The position numbers were made by a program, and so were the translations under genes. Positions 24,683 to 39,075 of a stretch of 64,000 nt of DNA are shown here, piece by piece. Numbering within the stretch: position 1 is the first letter of the stretch; each line of letters starts with the position of its first letter. The stretch comes from Glycera tridactyla (taxonomy: Eukaryota): the NCBI GenBank assembly GCA_965644265.1, contig OZ286463.1:81406001-81470000 (forward strand). The letters run 5' to 3'. The notes beneath the pieces are model-generated. The model was not told the DNA's origin. It searched no databases and was given only the letters and a program-made list of their open reading frames with translations.

Positions 24683-27600
24683 TGCGGTGGCGGTTCTCTT
24701 GGTGCGAGTCATGAGCGACTTAACCGTTGATTTGTCTTATGTCCGTGTTCCATCACAAGCACAGACATTCATCGAATCGCCGTCATTCGTGCGAGTAATG
24801 CTTTCTGATTGGCTCATTCTACACATACTATCTACAACTTCATTCATAAATCGGCGCAGTGATCCATCAAACCTGGTGATGTGGTGCAAACAAGAAGCAC
24901 TACTTCACACCCCTACAAAGATCATATAAAATGTTTTTTTTCCAGATTTATGCATACAGATAAGACAGACGGATGTCGGGGAATCAATACAGATGATCAT
25001 TCCGACAGTATGTTTAGTATTTCCCCATGGGACCTGGTAATGAGGTGCGAACAAGAGGCACTACTTTTTCGAAGTGGGCGTGGCCAAAGAGCTTGATTTA
25101 CTACTTGTGCGTAGCTATACATCTCTGAGCGATCGTATCTGTGTGCTTCGGTAATCGGCAGCAAAAACGAATGTATGGCGAAATGCCCATTACGTAATCG
25201 CTACATTCCTCAAATTGTCGTTAATCAGATCAATAAATCATCTCAAAATTGTGTTAGATTAGATCATTGGATCCTTTACACAAATCCAATCAAGATTCGT
25301 TTGATTATATCAGCCTCGAGAGACAGGATCGGCGAAGTTAGAAAGCATTTCGAGCAGAGAGGTGGCAGCATAATGATCTCCAATGGAGATCACAACAAGA
25401 GCGCAAACCTGCGCTGAGTGATCTCCGATGAGAATCGGGGAATAGTGACAAGCCCTCCTTCAAGAATTCATGCCGTCATTCATGTCTATTAGGTTTGGAG
25501 CCGGGACTACTTTCACCAAATCGTGTCAAATGATCAAAGCAAATAACAAGTAGCTCTCTCTGTCTGTCTGTCTGTCTCTCTCTTGATTCCTTGACATCCA
25601 TCTGTCTTGCCTCCATGTATAAATCTCGAAAAATCTGTGTTTTGGTTGATATGATATTTCGTAGGGAAGTAAAGTAGTGCTTCTTCTTTTGCACCTCATT
25701 ACCAGAATTCATGGATCAATGCGCCGATTCATGAATGAAGTTGTAGATAGGGTGTGTAAAACCAGCCAATCAGAAATCAGGACTCAAAGTGGGCGTGCCC
25801 AAAGAGCTTGATTGACAGGCATTTACTACCTGTGCGAAGCTGTACATCTCTGAGCGATCATATTTGTGTGCTTCGGTGATCGGCCACAAAAACGAGTGTT
25901 GAGAGAATTTCGTATTACGTAATCCATACATTTCCTCAATTTGTCGTTCATCAGATCAATAAATCATCTCAAAATTGTGTTAGATTAGATCTTTCGATCC
26001 TTTTCCACAGATCCGATCAAGATTCGTTTCATTATATCAGCCTCCAGAGTCAGAATCGGCGAAGTTAGAAAGCATTTCGAGCAGCGAGGTGGCGGCATAA
26101 TGATCTCCAACGGAGATCACAAAAAGGGATAAGTCGAAATGCAGACCTCTTCTCGGAAATTTGTTTCAGGCTTTCCACATTCAATCCGGTCAGTCACTCA
26201 GTCAGTCAATCAGACGTGTCTAACTCTCATTCCGCTGACAACATTTCAGTTGTCACCTCATGTCAAAGTTATCCTAAGATGCCATCGGGAAAACATCAAG
26301 CCAAATTTCTAAGTTCTTACGTGATACCTCGTCAGACAGTCGCTTGTCAGAGTTTTGGGGTGATGGTGGTAGGGATGTTGTTATTTCTGCAGGCGTACTT
26401 TCATACCAGTTCGTTTGTAAATGCATTTGTGTGTGAGGGGATCTGTATAAGTATAGCACTTTTCGTGATGTGATATGTGTTCATACATTATGACATTGGA
26501 ATAAACTGATGTGCTGTGATGTTTGATACTACTGCAGTGAATCTCCAAGTCCGCCCCACGGATTATACTAATCCCACCACTCTGTATCCTCCGTCTTCCT
26601 GTACAACATACTGGCAACTCGAACATGAGAAGAGTGTCATNNNNNNNNNNNNNNNNNNNNNNNNNNNNNNNNNNNNNNNNNNNNNNNNNNNNNNNNNNNN
26701 NNNNNNNNNNNNNNNNNNNNNNNNNNNNNNNNNNNNNNNNNNNNNNNNNNNNNNNNNNNNNNNNNNNNNNNNNNNNNNNNNNNNNNNNNNATTATTATCA
26801 TGGTTACCTCCTAATACCTTCATCTTGGAGTTGTTATTGGCTCTGCTGATAAAACCATAAACTTAGTTTTCCATAGTCCTAGGATTGCTCCAGTAGATCA
26901 GAATGTTCTGCTGATAATCTCCCTCTGATGTGATCGTTTTTCTCTCACATCAATGTTTGAGGTTTGTCAGCTGTTACACGTGGGCCTATGGCCTCACCAG
27001 GCCTGTCGTCCTTTGTTAAGTATAGTTATTAAAACGAAGAACAGAAATACAATGATGATGATGATGAGCTGTCCTGGTCATTTCCAGGATATGATATTCA
27101 TCGACCTTGCTGATGAGAACATTCGCCCTTTCCATGTGTGGCCACGTCCCGTAAGGGGCCCTCTAGGAACCTCGCTGAATTCATTGTTAGCTCATTTTGA
27201 GGCTGTTTTCTCACTAGATGACGTCATCGAGTGGGGTCACTACGTTCGATTGCGTCACTTGACAACGAGAATGTTTCTGTTTGTCTCGGATGAGGGGGCT
27301 GGCTTGACGGCTGATCCGGTCAACCCACATACAGTGTTTCGGCTTCATCCCATCAACAGGGTACGTTCCTGCCACAATTTTTCTGGCATTTCTATTTCTA
27401 TATAATTTTCACACGTCACAATCTGCTGGTACCAGACACGCCAGTTTGAAGTCCTGGTTCAAGTACTGCACTTCACTATGGCTGATTATATGCTATATGT
27501 AGGTCAATGTATATCATAGAATGTTGATGATTTGAATTTCGGCTAATTCTACTCTACTTCTTGTATGGCTCAAGTCACCTTACCATGAAGGTGATGCATA

Positions 27601-30600
27601 CTAGGACGGAATTTCAAGCTCACATAGATTTGGAACAGATGGCATACATAGCCAGAAATGACATATTTGGTGTCTGTATCTCTTCGATGAATTTACCTCC
27701 TCTCTACCCAATAATCAGGGTATCAAGATGGTGATCACTTCCCGATACCAATCGAACAAATAACCAATCTATTAGGGTCATGATGCTACCAATCGATGTC
27801 ATAGCGGTGGGGTTTGATAGCAAAGCCTGTGCTTGCCCTCGTCAGTATTTTCACCAATCAGGGCTTCTAAGGAGTTTCACGAAAAGCTTGAAGACAGTAT
27901 TGTATGTACAGGGCATCAATTATGGAAGAAAAACAAGTTTGAAAACGATGTCTCGTGACTAAAGCTCCGATTTTCGAGCATTTTCGGTGTGTGTAAACTT
28001 ACAGTGGGCATTATATCTGGATTTGCCACTGATTGATTTATGTCCAGGAATATGGTTGGAGTGGTGTCTTGACAGAGCATTTGTCATCACTGTTCAGCGT
28101 CTGGAAAATAACTCATGCTTATAGGATGAGAGCAAATCCAGCTCTCACATTTCAGGGAACACACCACATACATCATACAATCGTATGATACCCTAAGATG
28201 AACCCAATTGAATAGTTACCCAAGGGGCCACCACCATAAACATCTGTCATATTTCTTTTACAGTCATTTGGTGCAATATCTGACGGCAGCTGTTGTCGTC
28301 TAGAGCACGTGCTCACCTCTACTTGGCTCGGTGCGCTTCAATGTAGGTTATTGAGTTTTTATAGTATAATAATTTAATAATTAATGATTCAATTTCTATC
28401 AGACGTTGTTGGAACATCCAGCAGCAATTCATTTTCTATCTATCATTGCATATCAGTAGACATATCTATATTCATATTTATCTCACCATTCGGTATAAGG
28501 TTGGTGTGAGGTCAGTGAAACAGGAACAGTCAGGCGATGTGTTTGTCATTGAATTGTTGGAAGTAGAATATCACTAATTGATTTTTAATTGGCACATCAA
28601 CTAGGATCAATGCAGAACAAATAATATATCTAGTGGAAGAACATATAATACATTGTGACACTTTCAGACGAATCTTTCCATAAATCACCTCTCCCGAAAG
28701 TCACCTGTCTCTGAATGGCACTTTTGACACATCATCCACCAATCACTCTCGATCACATTTGAACACTGTATTCTATCCATGTCCCTCCTTCCCTTCAGCT
28801 GAGAACTATATACGCAATACGATGAAATGGGACCGATCGATCAGAAAAAAGGTGAGACTTTCTCGCTCGATATCAAGGAGATAGTATTACTGTGTGGTAC
28901 ATGTGAGAAAAGAAACCAGAACAATTGGATTGTTACAGTGTGCATGAAGGTCTTTCGGTGATCGGCACCAAAACCAGATTGTATACCTTGTTCAAACTTG
29001 AAATCAGTGATCGTGTTAGTGCACTCGAATAGTAACCTTATATGTACTGTATATGATAGTGCCTGATTTATGTATGTATTGTATCATTTTTGGGCCATTG
29101 ATTTATGTGGTATTGTGGTTTATGGGATTGAAAAGATTTACCAGCTCATCTTCATAATGAATATTTGTGGAGTTTTTTATGAAGCATAATTGAGATGAAC
29201 TGGATTACTTCAGTTACTCATTAGCGTCATGGCAACTAGTCATTGGATGAGTGACCATGATAGTGGTGTGAGGATGTGTATACCAGTAAGGTTGTACCAT
29301 ACAATACACCAATAGTCACAGACGACACAAGTGATCTGGCCCCCACACCGGTGTAGAGCTATAACATGGAAACAGGCACGATCTTCACACCATGAAGACT
29401 GGATGATGGTGTGAGCGCCTATCTGGGATCTGAATACAGTGACGCTATACTGAGTGACTACAAAAACCGGCAACAATGACACCCTTCCCTAGCATACAGT
29501 CACATGTAAGCACTAAACAGGAGGGCTAAAAATGCGATCACAGACAGAGAGGGATGTGCCTTGCTAGGATCAGACCTGTCACCTATGGATAGGTAACAAA
29601 AGCACTGGAAAGAACCTTAAGGGTCTGACAGTGGCACTCGGCTGAGATCAGACAAAACAGTCAACCAAACGAAGAGTAGACCGATAATGCGGTAGCATGG
29701 TAAATATGTAACGCCGGCATATTGTTAGCATGGCCTGTGTTTATCCATGTGTTCACATCAATGACATTGTGGACAAAGCGTTGTCAAATCGACGAAAAGA
29801 TGTATTCGGATTCTATGTGTCCTCACTCTAGACCATATCTCGAAAGTATAAAATTTGGTCCATGGGCAGATACAGAATTTCAGTGAGACGCGAAATGAAA
29901 ATGACACCAAGTGGCAAACCAGCCGACGACCTGAATGGCGGATGTTAAAATGTCATGACATAGAATCCAGGGCTCGCTCCGTAATTGTGGGGAATAAAAG
30001 GCTTTCTTTTATCACGATCACCCCGGAAATGTAGCCCTATTCCGGCATGGCATGGGCTTTGTGTCTAATTTGATGCTTCAAACTTAATCGTGTACAGCCA
30101 GTAATACCCAACAAAGGCATATCACGAACACCTAGTTATCTAGTGATTGTGGAGGAATGATCTTTATTACCGTGTCTTTGATTCGCTCACTTACAGGTGG
30201 GATTTACATCGGGACGGGTGTACCAAGATGCGTTTCGTCTGGATGCAGTCAAACCTCAGTTTGTCATGGACTATAACAGACTCTCGGGACTTTTGCCCTT
30301 TCTTCTCGCTGTTACAAAGCAGGTATGTCCCAGCATTATTATAGCCTTTTGGAGTCAGCATTGTTTATCTGATCTCTGTTATATTTCCTAAGTCGTGATC
30401 ATCGTGATTTCCGATTATCAATCAGGTTTTGAATCATTACTCTGATTGTATATACGTACACCTGATATACGTGTTGTTTATCCCAGCCCCCCCCCCCACG
30501 TCCCGAGTAAAAAGAACGTAAAATAAAATTCAAAGTAAATAATGACAGTTAACCACACTTTTTCGGCGTATATTACCCAATATCCACTCTAGGTATTACC

Positions 30601-32126
30601 TATGTCATACATTCACATGTGTGATCGCTCTAGCTGGTTCGACTGTATTCTTACTCTCAATATTCAATTTTTCAAGGAAATCAGACTTGACGAAGTTGGC
30701 CGCAGGAGAGAGTACGCCATGATGATGAATGGAGTTATCATGGTAAGTATATATATAAGAGAACTCAACTCCCCTAGAACAGTCGACTGGATTTCCACAT
30801 TCATCAATTGAATTGGCCTTTATAGAAAATTTCGGCTTTGTAGACGCAATGCCTCCCGTGGAAAGTATCGTTGCATTCAGCGCTAAGGGCAGGATTGTCT
30901 GAATCTCTTCTGGCTATTTCAATGAAATACGTAAGAGAGAATATTGACATTTTCCTACTCAGTTCTGTTCGGAACATTTTGGAGATCGAATCATTTTCAC
31001 ATTCGAGATACCAATATTCATCAACATTTCGTATCCAAGAAATGCAAATTGGTGAGAGCAATGACCGAACAGTGCCGACTATTACGCCCTCTCCCCAATG
31101 ATGCCACAGCCGAAATGATTCTTAAGTAGCATCACAAAACTGAGCCATTGAATAGTACCAATGATATGATTGGCGACTGTCGTTACAAATATAACCAGAT
31201 CCTTACATAATTACTCATAACAGATGAACATGCATCATGCTTCAGGCATTGGGTGAGATTGAGCAGTTCGTGAAGGAAGAGGTAGAGGCACATCGGAATC
31301 GGAGGCGACTTCTGCGTGAAATGATGGTATGTGAACATTCCACAATTGATACCTATCTCGTGAGTTTTATCTGCGGTTCTGTATATAACCCCTCGCGTGA
31401 TCACGTGGCACGGCTTTTCATCACTGAAACAAGTTTTGAGGGGTTGGTAAGGTTGGTCGAGAGGCATGATCCACGTGGTCGCAGGTGGATGTTGCCGACC
31501 ATGAGTGAAGGGCCCGGGGCTCAAACCCCAGTCCATCACAGGTGTTAGAGCTGACTACCTCCAAAGTGTTTTGGTGTCCAAGCCGACCAGATATTGTTAG
31601 CAGATGCCATCTGGTGAACACAATGAACACCCATACTGCTATCACCCATCCATTGGCAATGTCAGACATGAACCACACGCCGGGAAAAAAACCCTCACGT
31701 CATGGAAATTGATCAGTGGATATTGCAGTTTTTCATTACTCTACTCCAANNNNNNNNNNNNNNNNNNNNNNNNNNNNNNNNNNNNNNNNNNNNNNNNNNN
31801 NNNNNNNNNNNNNNNNNNNNNNNNNNNNNNNNNNNNNNNNNNNNNNNNNNNNNNNNNNNNNNNNNNNNNNNNNNNNNNNNNNNNNNNNNNNNNNNNNNNN
31901 NNNNNNCTACTGCTACTACTATTGATACAATCTCTACCACCACTACCAACCCAGAACACAGACACGACCACCATTACACTGAACCTACTTCTATTACTAC
32001 TACCGCCACCACTAATACTACTACCGTTGCAATTACTAGTAATGCTGTTACAGTGCCTGCTGCTACTGCTGTTACTACATCCACTATAACATACTCCACC
32101 ACGACATGTCCGCAACAATAAAATCA

Positions 32127-32165
<39 letters not shown>

Positions 32166-35100
32166 CACTGCCATAGTGGCTACTGCTGATGTGAGTGCTG
32201 TTATTGCTCTTGTTATTGCGACTGCTGCACTCTGATGACACTCATATTACTTGCAAGGTACTGGAGTTACTGATGGAGCTTATGAAGACACTGACTAGCT
32301 GGGCATCTGGCGATAACAAGAAGCATATATATCGCTGCATCCACGAGATCTTCTACACTTGCATCGAAAACGGAGAGCTCAGCGATTCAATCTACTTCAT
32401 ACAGTTTCTTGAGACCTTCCTCTCTCAACTCTACACCACCGTAAGTTCATACTCATAATCACACCGTTACTCATTAGTTTCAGTTTCCGTTCGGTTGGGT
32501 GCTCTTCCATTCATCCAGTTGGTGAATCAACAGTAATGATGATACAGTCTACCTTGCGGCCGTCCACTGAGCAGCCACCTTCTTTGCGTGGCCACTCAAA
32601 AATTGTGACCCGAGGGTTCTCGCATATAATTCACCTATCCTGGGCAGCCATTTTTGTCCTTCTCGAAGGTGACTGCTAAGAAAAAGCTGGACCATAATTG
32701 AATAGAATCAGGGAATGTAGCACAAATTGACAAGAATAAAGGCTGCGTCAATTTCCAGCATCAGTAATATAGAATGGAGGTCGCAATGCGGTCACTGGAT
32801 GACAGCTCATAGGGCTGGGAATATGGAACGATAGGTATGAGAACATCCGTGGTGATTAAAACCATGAGAACATCTGTCTGAGGGGCCAAGAACCAATAGA
32901 ACAATCACAACTGTGGCTCTATGTGCGAAGAACTCAGAAATAGGAATGAGAACGTCCTTCGTAAGTGAGACCCAGGCAAACGACTTTTTTGTGGGCTCAC
33001 GAGCTAATCGATTATTCACAGTTATTTGTCATCCAAGTGAATCCAATGAGGATGTTTTGGCCAAGGTGCACTAATTTAATCTTTCCTCTTCTACAGAGGG
33101 GTCATGATTTGCTGGTGACGCGCATGCTCATAGCTCTGGTTAGTGACCGGAAGCAGGTGATTGAAACTCTCAACATGGCTCATATCGATTCGTTTGTCAC
33201 TCTGCTCANNNNNNNNNNNNNNNNNNNNNNNNNNNNNNNNNNNNNNNNNNNNNNNNNNNNNNNNNNNNNNNNNNNNNNNNNNNNNNNNNNNNNNNNNNNN
33301 NNNNNNNNNNNNNNNNNNNNNNNNNNNNNNNNNNNNNNNNNNNNNNNNNNNNNNNNNNNNNNNNNNNNNNNNNNNNNNNNNNNNNNNNNNNNNNNNNNNN
33401 NNNNNNNNNNNNNNNNNNNNNNNNNNNNNNNNNNNNNNNNNNNNNNNNNNNNNNNNNNNNNNNNNNNNNNNNNNNNNNNNNNNNNNNNNNNNNNNNNNNN
33501 NNNNNNNNNNNNNNNNNNNNNNNNNNNNNNNNNNNNNNNNNNNNNNNNNNNNNNNNNNNNNNNNNNNNNNNNNNNNNNNNNNNNNNNNNNNNNNNNNNNN
33601 NNNNNNNNNNNNNNNNNNNNNNNNNNNNNNNNNNNNNNNNNNNNNNNNNNNNNNNNNTCTATATGCTCCTTATCATCTTCAGCAGCAGCATCAGCAGCGG
33701 CAGCGTCAGCAGCGGCAGCCTACTCGTCGTTGTCAATGCCATTAAGGTTGTCGTTGTCACCATCGTGGTATTATAGAGCTCGTCGTCATGGTGGCTGTCA
33801 TCGCTGTCTCCTGATTCTCATGGAAACAATTCATCCCAGGGNNNNNNNNNNNNNNNNNNNNNNNNNNNNNNNNNNNNNNNNNNNNNNNNNNNNNNNNNNN
33901 NNNNNNNNNNNNNNNNNNNNNNNNNNNNNNNNNNNNNNNNNNNNNNNNNNNNNNNNNNNNNNNNNNNNNNNNNNNNNNNNNATTTGAACGGAATGCGCAA
34001 CACGTGCGGTTCAATGAAGTACCCTGAAGATTCTCTCATCTGAAAATGTGGCAAAAACAAAACGTCCAAATGTAGCAAATTTCGACCATTAGGTTACGAT
34101 GGCCAGTACTTATGACAAGTAAAACACAATGGGAAACAGATTTGTTGTTTCAAAGTGGATAATAGAAAAATTGACCATTCTTGATATCACTAAAAATATT
34201 GATCGAGTTCTTACCATCGATTCAGATTTAATGCATTCGTTCAATAATTACAATAGAAGTCACGATATAATTTCAGTTCGCCCTCACGCTATCAAATAAT
34301 GGCGTGAATGGATATAAATGTGGAAATGCATTCTAACCTATTTCAGCATCATCGCTTCCTGCAGCTGCTGGGCACATTGTGTGTTTGTGATGGAACTGCA
34401 ATGGTGACTATCCAGAATCGGATTTGCGAGAGGTTGATCTCGGATGAACATGTGAGTTACATTATCCATTCTGAAAGAACACTATGAGCAACCACACGAT
34501 GTGCCCCCTGTTTTACTATGCATCAGCAAGCTCAAGGAGAGAAGTATGCCGATGATACAGCAATCTATTTGAAAGAAGATGACCAAAACAATCTAGAACT
34601 ACAACTACAACTTAGATCAGTGGATACTGAAATGAAATTAACGTAGAATTCTGATTAAATGATTGGATGCTATTCAGGATTCATCCATGAATTTCGGGAT
34701 GAGAGAAGGGCAACTGGAGACAGTTATTTTGGAGCCTGGTCATATCAGGCATCACAATATATTCTGGATGTGGATCGTAAAATCTTTTGATGTGATATTT
34801 TTTCCACAGCATCATCTGTTCCGCTTTGGTCTGCGACACGGTGTAGTCGTCGTAATAGATGGTTCCAGTAAGACAGAAACGCCTATAGCTGACTTCATCG
34901 ACGTAAGTGGAATAGGTGATGAAACCTAATCTTCATACAATGGTCTTTCAACTTCTGTATGTATTTTAGAATAGCTTCATTAGTAATGTGGTATTGTAGC
35001 CACAGCCCAGCCACAGCCCAGCCAATGAAAGGAACCCTGGTATTTAAGGGCATCCAGGCAAGGATCGAGTTCAAAAATAGCATGAGTGCCTTCAAGGCAT

Positions 35101-38100
35101 TCATACAATACAGTTGGATGCTATGTCTGGCACAGTGTTTACTTTGTGACATCGTTTTCGGATGCATCATTATTGAGTTCGAACATACGATTAAGGATTT
35201 AGCTGCTGTAGATATGTTAATTGACCATGGTACAAGTAAAAGTTGTCAAAGGGTCGCAATCATCCATTCATATCATGCATCACTTCATTTCACTTCATTT
35301 ATATATACCATATCATCATGTATCGTATTCTATGTTTTTTCTGTGTATTGTTCGTAATCCTGAAAACGAATGTTTCATTTCTTCCAATTGTACTAACGAA
35401 AGAAAATAAAGAGTTGAAAGCAAAAATGTGTGTGTATGTGGGGGGGGGGGGGGGCTAAGATAACAAACCTATCTTCCCCAATCATATGTATACAATAATG
35501 ATTATATATTGATAAATATATAGAGACGCTTCAATGACAACTGGGATGAATGAAATATTGCATCTGGTCGATATCCTATTGGGGCTGATACTTTTCATCC
35601 AACTGATTGGAATGTTTGTAGAAATCATGGGCTGGTTACTGTGATGAGGATTGCCACTACCTGAAGCAGCAACTTGTGCTCCTATACAGACTATGTCAGG
35701 TTAGTTCTTCTACACTTCAATACCACACACACATCTACCTGAACATGCAGGCATGCGTACAAACACNNNNNNNNNNNNNNNNNNNNNNNNNNNNNNNNNN
35801 NNNNNNNNNNNNNNNNNNNNNNNNNNNNNNNNNNNNNNNNNNNNNNNNNNNNNNNNNNNNNNNNNNNNNNNNNNNNNNNNNNNNNNNNNNNNNNNNNNNN
35901 NNNNNNNNNNNNNNNNNNNNNNNNNNNNNNNNNNNNNNTATTGGGCCATCATTTCGGATGCTTCATCGTTGTTTTGGGAAAATGACCAAATCCGCGTCGC
36001 TGTTGATAATGATATTCACTGTCGATATGGATGTGATTGGATTATTCCATAACCGTATGTACCATATAATGTACCCTCTTTCGGGCACAGCTGAAATGTC
36101 ATGCATAGTATCCAATTCTCCATCATCTGGACATGTTTGTGATTTCAACATTTCGATAAGCCATTGCTAACATACTGTGTGGGTTCATGAGTTCACTTAT
36201 GCTTGATTAGATGAAATGAGATCAGTATCTTTGTTTCATCGAATTTTTTAGAGTATATATGGAAGCTCGTATGAAAACATGCATGCACACGCGATCAAAC
36301 GCACTACAAATCACACATGCACACCAATGATCTATTCACACATGCATGCACAAAACACACATACAAATTCAGGGTCCACACCTATTGGCGCCATCCCTGA
36401 ATTCAGATATGGCCCTATTGAACCAGACCAAGGAAAGGCTATTCAGCATCCAAAATTCAAAATGATACGTACCTTATGGGCTCTGTTTGGTTCTAACAGA
36501 CGGAATAGCGATGGAATAAGAGACCAGTCACTCCGTGTCATTCCCACTCAATACGTAAAATCAGATCCTGAGCCTTGTATTTGTCCTCGTTGTAGGGCCG
36601 CAATCATTTTTGCATGGACCACATCATCCAGAACACATTGTCATGGGATATAATCGTTGGCGTCCTGAAATCAGAAGCAAATATCAGCGATCATTTTCGG
36701 GCTGCTTTTACTGATCTCATGCTTGGTGAGCAACCTGACCATCACAAGTCTCTGGGCTGATGATTCAAGTCTATGAAAATGTGGTATTTTGTTTCTCTTT
36801 CATAATCTTCTGTTGAATCTGGTGTGCCAGCCTATTCTTCGGCATTTAGGTAGGACTGGATTACGTGATCCACTTGCATCCACACCATACCCTATCCTCT
36901 ACTTGTCTTTCATCTATAGCTTCAACTTTCTCTCTAATCATGGACAGCGCTACTATTTCAAAGCGTTGGGTGAGGCAGGTGACAGAGAAGGCAGGCGAAA
37001 GGGCGGAGGGATAAGAAGAAAAAAGGGAGAACCATGATCAGAAGGAATAGGGCTGGGTCGAAGAATATGGGATGGAAACCGAGACAGAAGATAATGAGGA
37101 GAAGGTAGAGCAGGGAGAGGAGAGGAGGAGGGGACGGAGTGGAACAGGAGGGCTGGAGATAGATGGGGAGTATGATTGGAAAAGGGGGCGGATTAGGCGA
37201 GGACATAAAAGAAGCGGAAGGGGAAGAATTGGGTTAGAGAGAAAGAGACTGAAGAGAACACCTTGATGATACCAGAGAGTTGGTTTATATTTGCCCAACA
37301 TCAGATGGAATATATTCTTTTTGGGTCCAGATGAGTATAGATAGAAACAATAACATTCGTGATACATCTCTCACTCCTCATCTGTCCGACATGTAGTGGT
37401 AACCTAGTAGGATCCAGAACCAGATCCTTGTCCATAAGGCATAACCTGGTTTCAAGTCTCCGAAAAGATAAGCACGATTTCATGGGTCTCTCGTTCTACC
37501 TAATGACTTTCTAAGAAAGCCCGAACATGGCATTCTCGTTGATTTGAAACACCCGACATGTCCATATCTCGGCCTTGAGTACGCTACTTTGAAATCAACA
37601 TTGTTGCCAGAATATTTGCATTATCGCCCACAGGACATCTACCACAATTAGTCCCGCAATGAGAAACCACTGTATCGGGCTACCAGCTGCTTCAAGAACC
37701 ACTTGAGTATATCACACTGTACCTTACCTGTAATATACAACCAAATATATCAAGCAGTCACTTCCTGCAGCCTCCAACGTGGTCTTATGTTGTGTTGACT
37801 GTACATTTGATCATTGCAGGTTATAGGGATCAATATCCGCCGTTTTGATTAAGACTGGTGGAAATAACGTATCTGAATACGACCTTTGTTCCAGTTCTTT
37901 TCATCGATGCTGGAAAAAATACCTCAATTTACCGATCCAGCGCATACAGTACCTTCGAATACAGTCAGCTGTCGCCTCATACAGATAAAGACATGTGGTA
38001 TCACCGTAACATCATACATGTAACTACTCATCCTCAATTTTGGCCCCATCATCCATTCACATCTTTCGCATCTGGTTATTTGTACGCTCTTGAAACACCA

Positions 38101-39029
38101 TCAAAGCTAACATCCCACTCGAAAGGCTACCCTCACAAGGCCGGTTTGCCGATTAGTATTGTAATTGGTTATTGTATAACTAGTCCGAGTTGATCGCTTC
38201 GTCTAGGGTGTTGGACGAATCACTGACAATCACTTATATCAAGTACACCTATGGGATCTTTTGTGAAATGGATAACAAGCGTCTGCCATCTATCTAGCCC
38301 CTATAAGTACAATCTCCAATGTAGTTATAGCATCCAGAGCCCCGTAAATACTTGAAATCGTTGTTCTTGTTCATACATGTGATCCCCCAACCTTTGGTGA
38401 GATTCCTCGAGTGGCATACCTCACATGCAACTCAGCCTATGAGCATCAATGGATATCGACCGATGATGCTAGTCCACAATCTAACAGCTGGACAACCAAC
38501 CAGACCCCCAGCCTTACCTATGTTAATTTCTTCCCGAATACGTGTTCCTTTAGGTGGATCCCGTCCTTCAGCAACGTATTGAAACATTCAAACCGTGGAT
38601 TCTCGAGTTTCTCGAGAACAACACCGAAATGGTTGCTTCTAACACACAGCGAAACGCCTTCATCAATTCGGTGAGTGAGATCGTACCGCCAAAATGCAAG
38701 AACGTATCTTAGTGATCCTTTCAGTGCGAAATGTATCCACTTCTCCCGATGCGGAATAGCCAGGCATTAAGCTCAATAGGATAATTGCATACTGTGTATC
38801 ACGGCCGATCGTTATCATCATNNNNNNNNNNNNNNNNNNNNNNNNNNNNNNNNNNNNNNNNNNNNNNNNNNNNNNNNNNNNNNNNNNNNNNNNNNNNNNN
38901 NNNNNNNNNNNNNNNNNNNNNNNNNNNNNNNNNNNNNNNNNNNNNNNNNNNNNNNNNNNNNNNNNNNNNNNNNNNNAGCATCAGCGGCAGTAGCACAGCG
39001 GCAGCGTTGGCACCTCCATCACTACCCTC

Positions 39030-39075
<46 letters not shown>

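Noticed and set aside
37750-37850. [18 protein letters not shown], faintly like a Penelope GIY-YIG motif
   Set aside because: Spacing is imperfect and no supporting RT or flanking motifs were seen; needs an HMM search.
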